This document shows, in pieces, positions 63,476 to 64,000 of a stretch of 64,000 nt of DNA (within the stretch, counting starts at the first letter, position 1; each line of letters begins with the position of its first letter). Made by a program: the position numbers and the translations under genes. The notes beneath the pieces were generated by a model, which saw only the letters and a program-made list of their open reading frames with translations, made no database searches and was not told the DNA's origin. The stretch is from Neoconidiobolus thromboides FSU 785 (Eukaryota; Fungi; Entomophthoromycota): assembly GCA_025603075.1 (NCBI GenBank), contig MU626281.1:62001-126000 (forward strand). Direction: 5' to 3'.

Positions 63476-64000
63476 TATTATCAACTTTTTTCCAATTTTA
63501 TTGACTGGTAATGGAGATCTAATTGTGAATTCTACAACCAAAAATTGAAACTTCAAATAAAATTGGGTGTAGTGGCAATCGAGACCAATGAAAAGGCTTG
63601 ATTTGGGTTAAGTGGCTTAAGAAAGTTGCAATTATGCATGGTTACTACTATGCTTTTTAGACACATCGATTTATTGAATTTAGTCATCAGTTCTTTATTT
63701 CACACATCACAAACTATCAACTGTTTGATAGTTCAAACTGAATATAAAAATATTAAATTTGACTGAATTTATATAAAGTCAAACTAAACTATATTATTTC
63801 ATTTAAAGTTCATAAGGTAAAAGTAATTTTAAAACTCCACTTTAAAGTTAAATGAAAACTAGGATTTTTAAAGTTTAACATTATCTATCACTCTGTTTTA
63901 AGTTTACTTCAAAATTTTCAACCTCAGTTGCTTTTTTTATAATTAGAAATTTAATTTATATATTTTTATAACTGAGTTTTAGGGTTATTATAATAATGGG

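Overview
Very AT-rich eukaryotic genomic DNA with short (~50 nt) GT-AG introns. The gene set (VTC4/VTC1, Bem2-like, Con7- and PacC-type zinc fingers, JMJD6, PRXL2-type redoxins) points to an early-diverging fungus; a Conidiobolus-like lineage is my inference and cannot be confirmed here. I can model about 17 protein-coding genes and one tRNA-Leu(AAG). Genes are dense at 2-11.3 kb and 46.7-63.5 kb, and the 11.4-46.7 kb interval is gene-poor and repeat-rich. Several elements are not visible in the ORF track. (1) An apparently non-coding spliced host gene at ~55.2-55.75 kb carries two intronic box C/D snoRNAs whose guides match 18S rRNA sites known from human SNORD61 and SNORD110. (2) A ~97-bp MITE family with GGGG...CCCC ends and 4-bp target duplications has at least 20 copies. 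(3) A 464-bp TG...CA solo-LTR-like family includes one copy hit by three MITEs and one copy showing only C>T/G>A changes in the segments aligned. (4) Three diverged, stop-riddled copies of an unidentified protein gene cluster at 41.2-44.8 kb. All exon models and alignments were done by eye.
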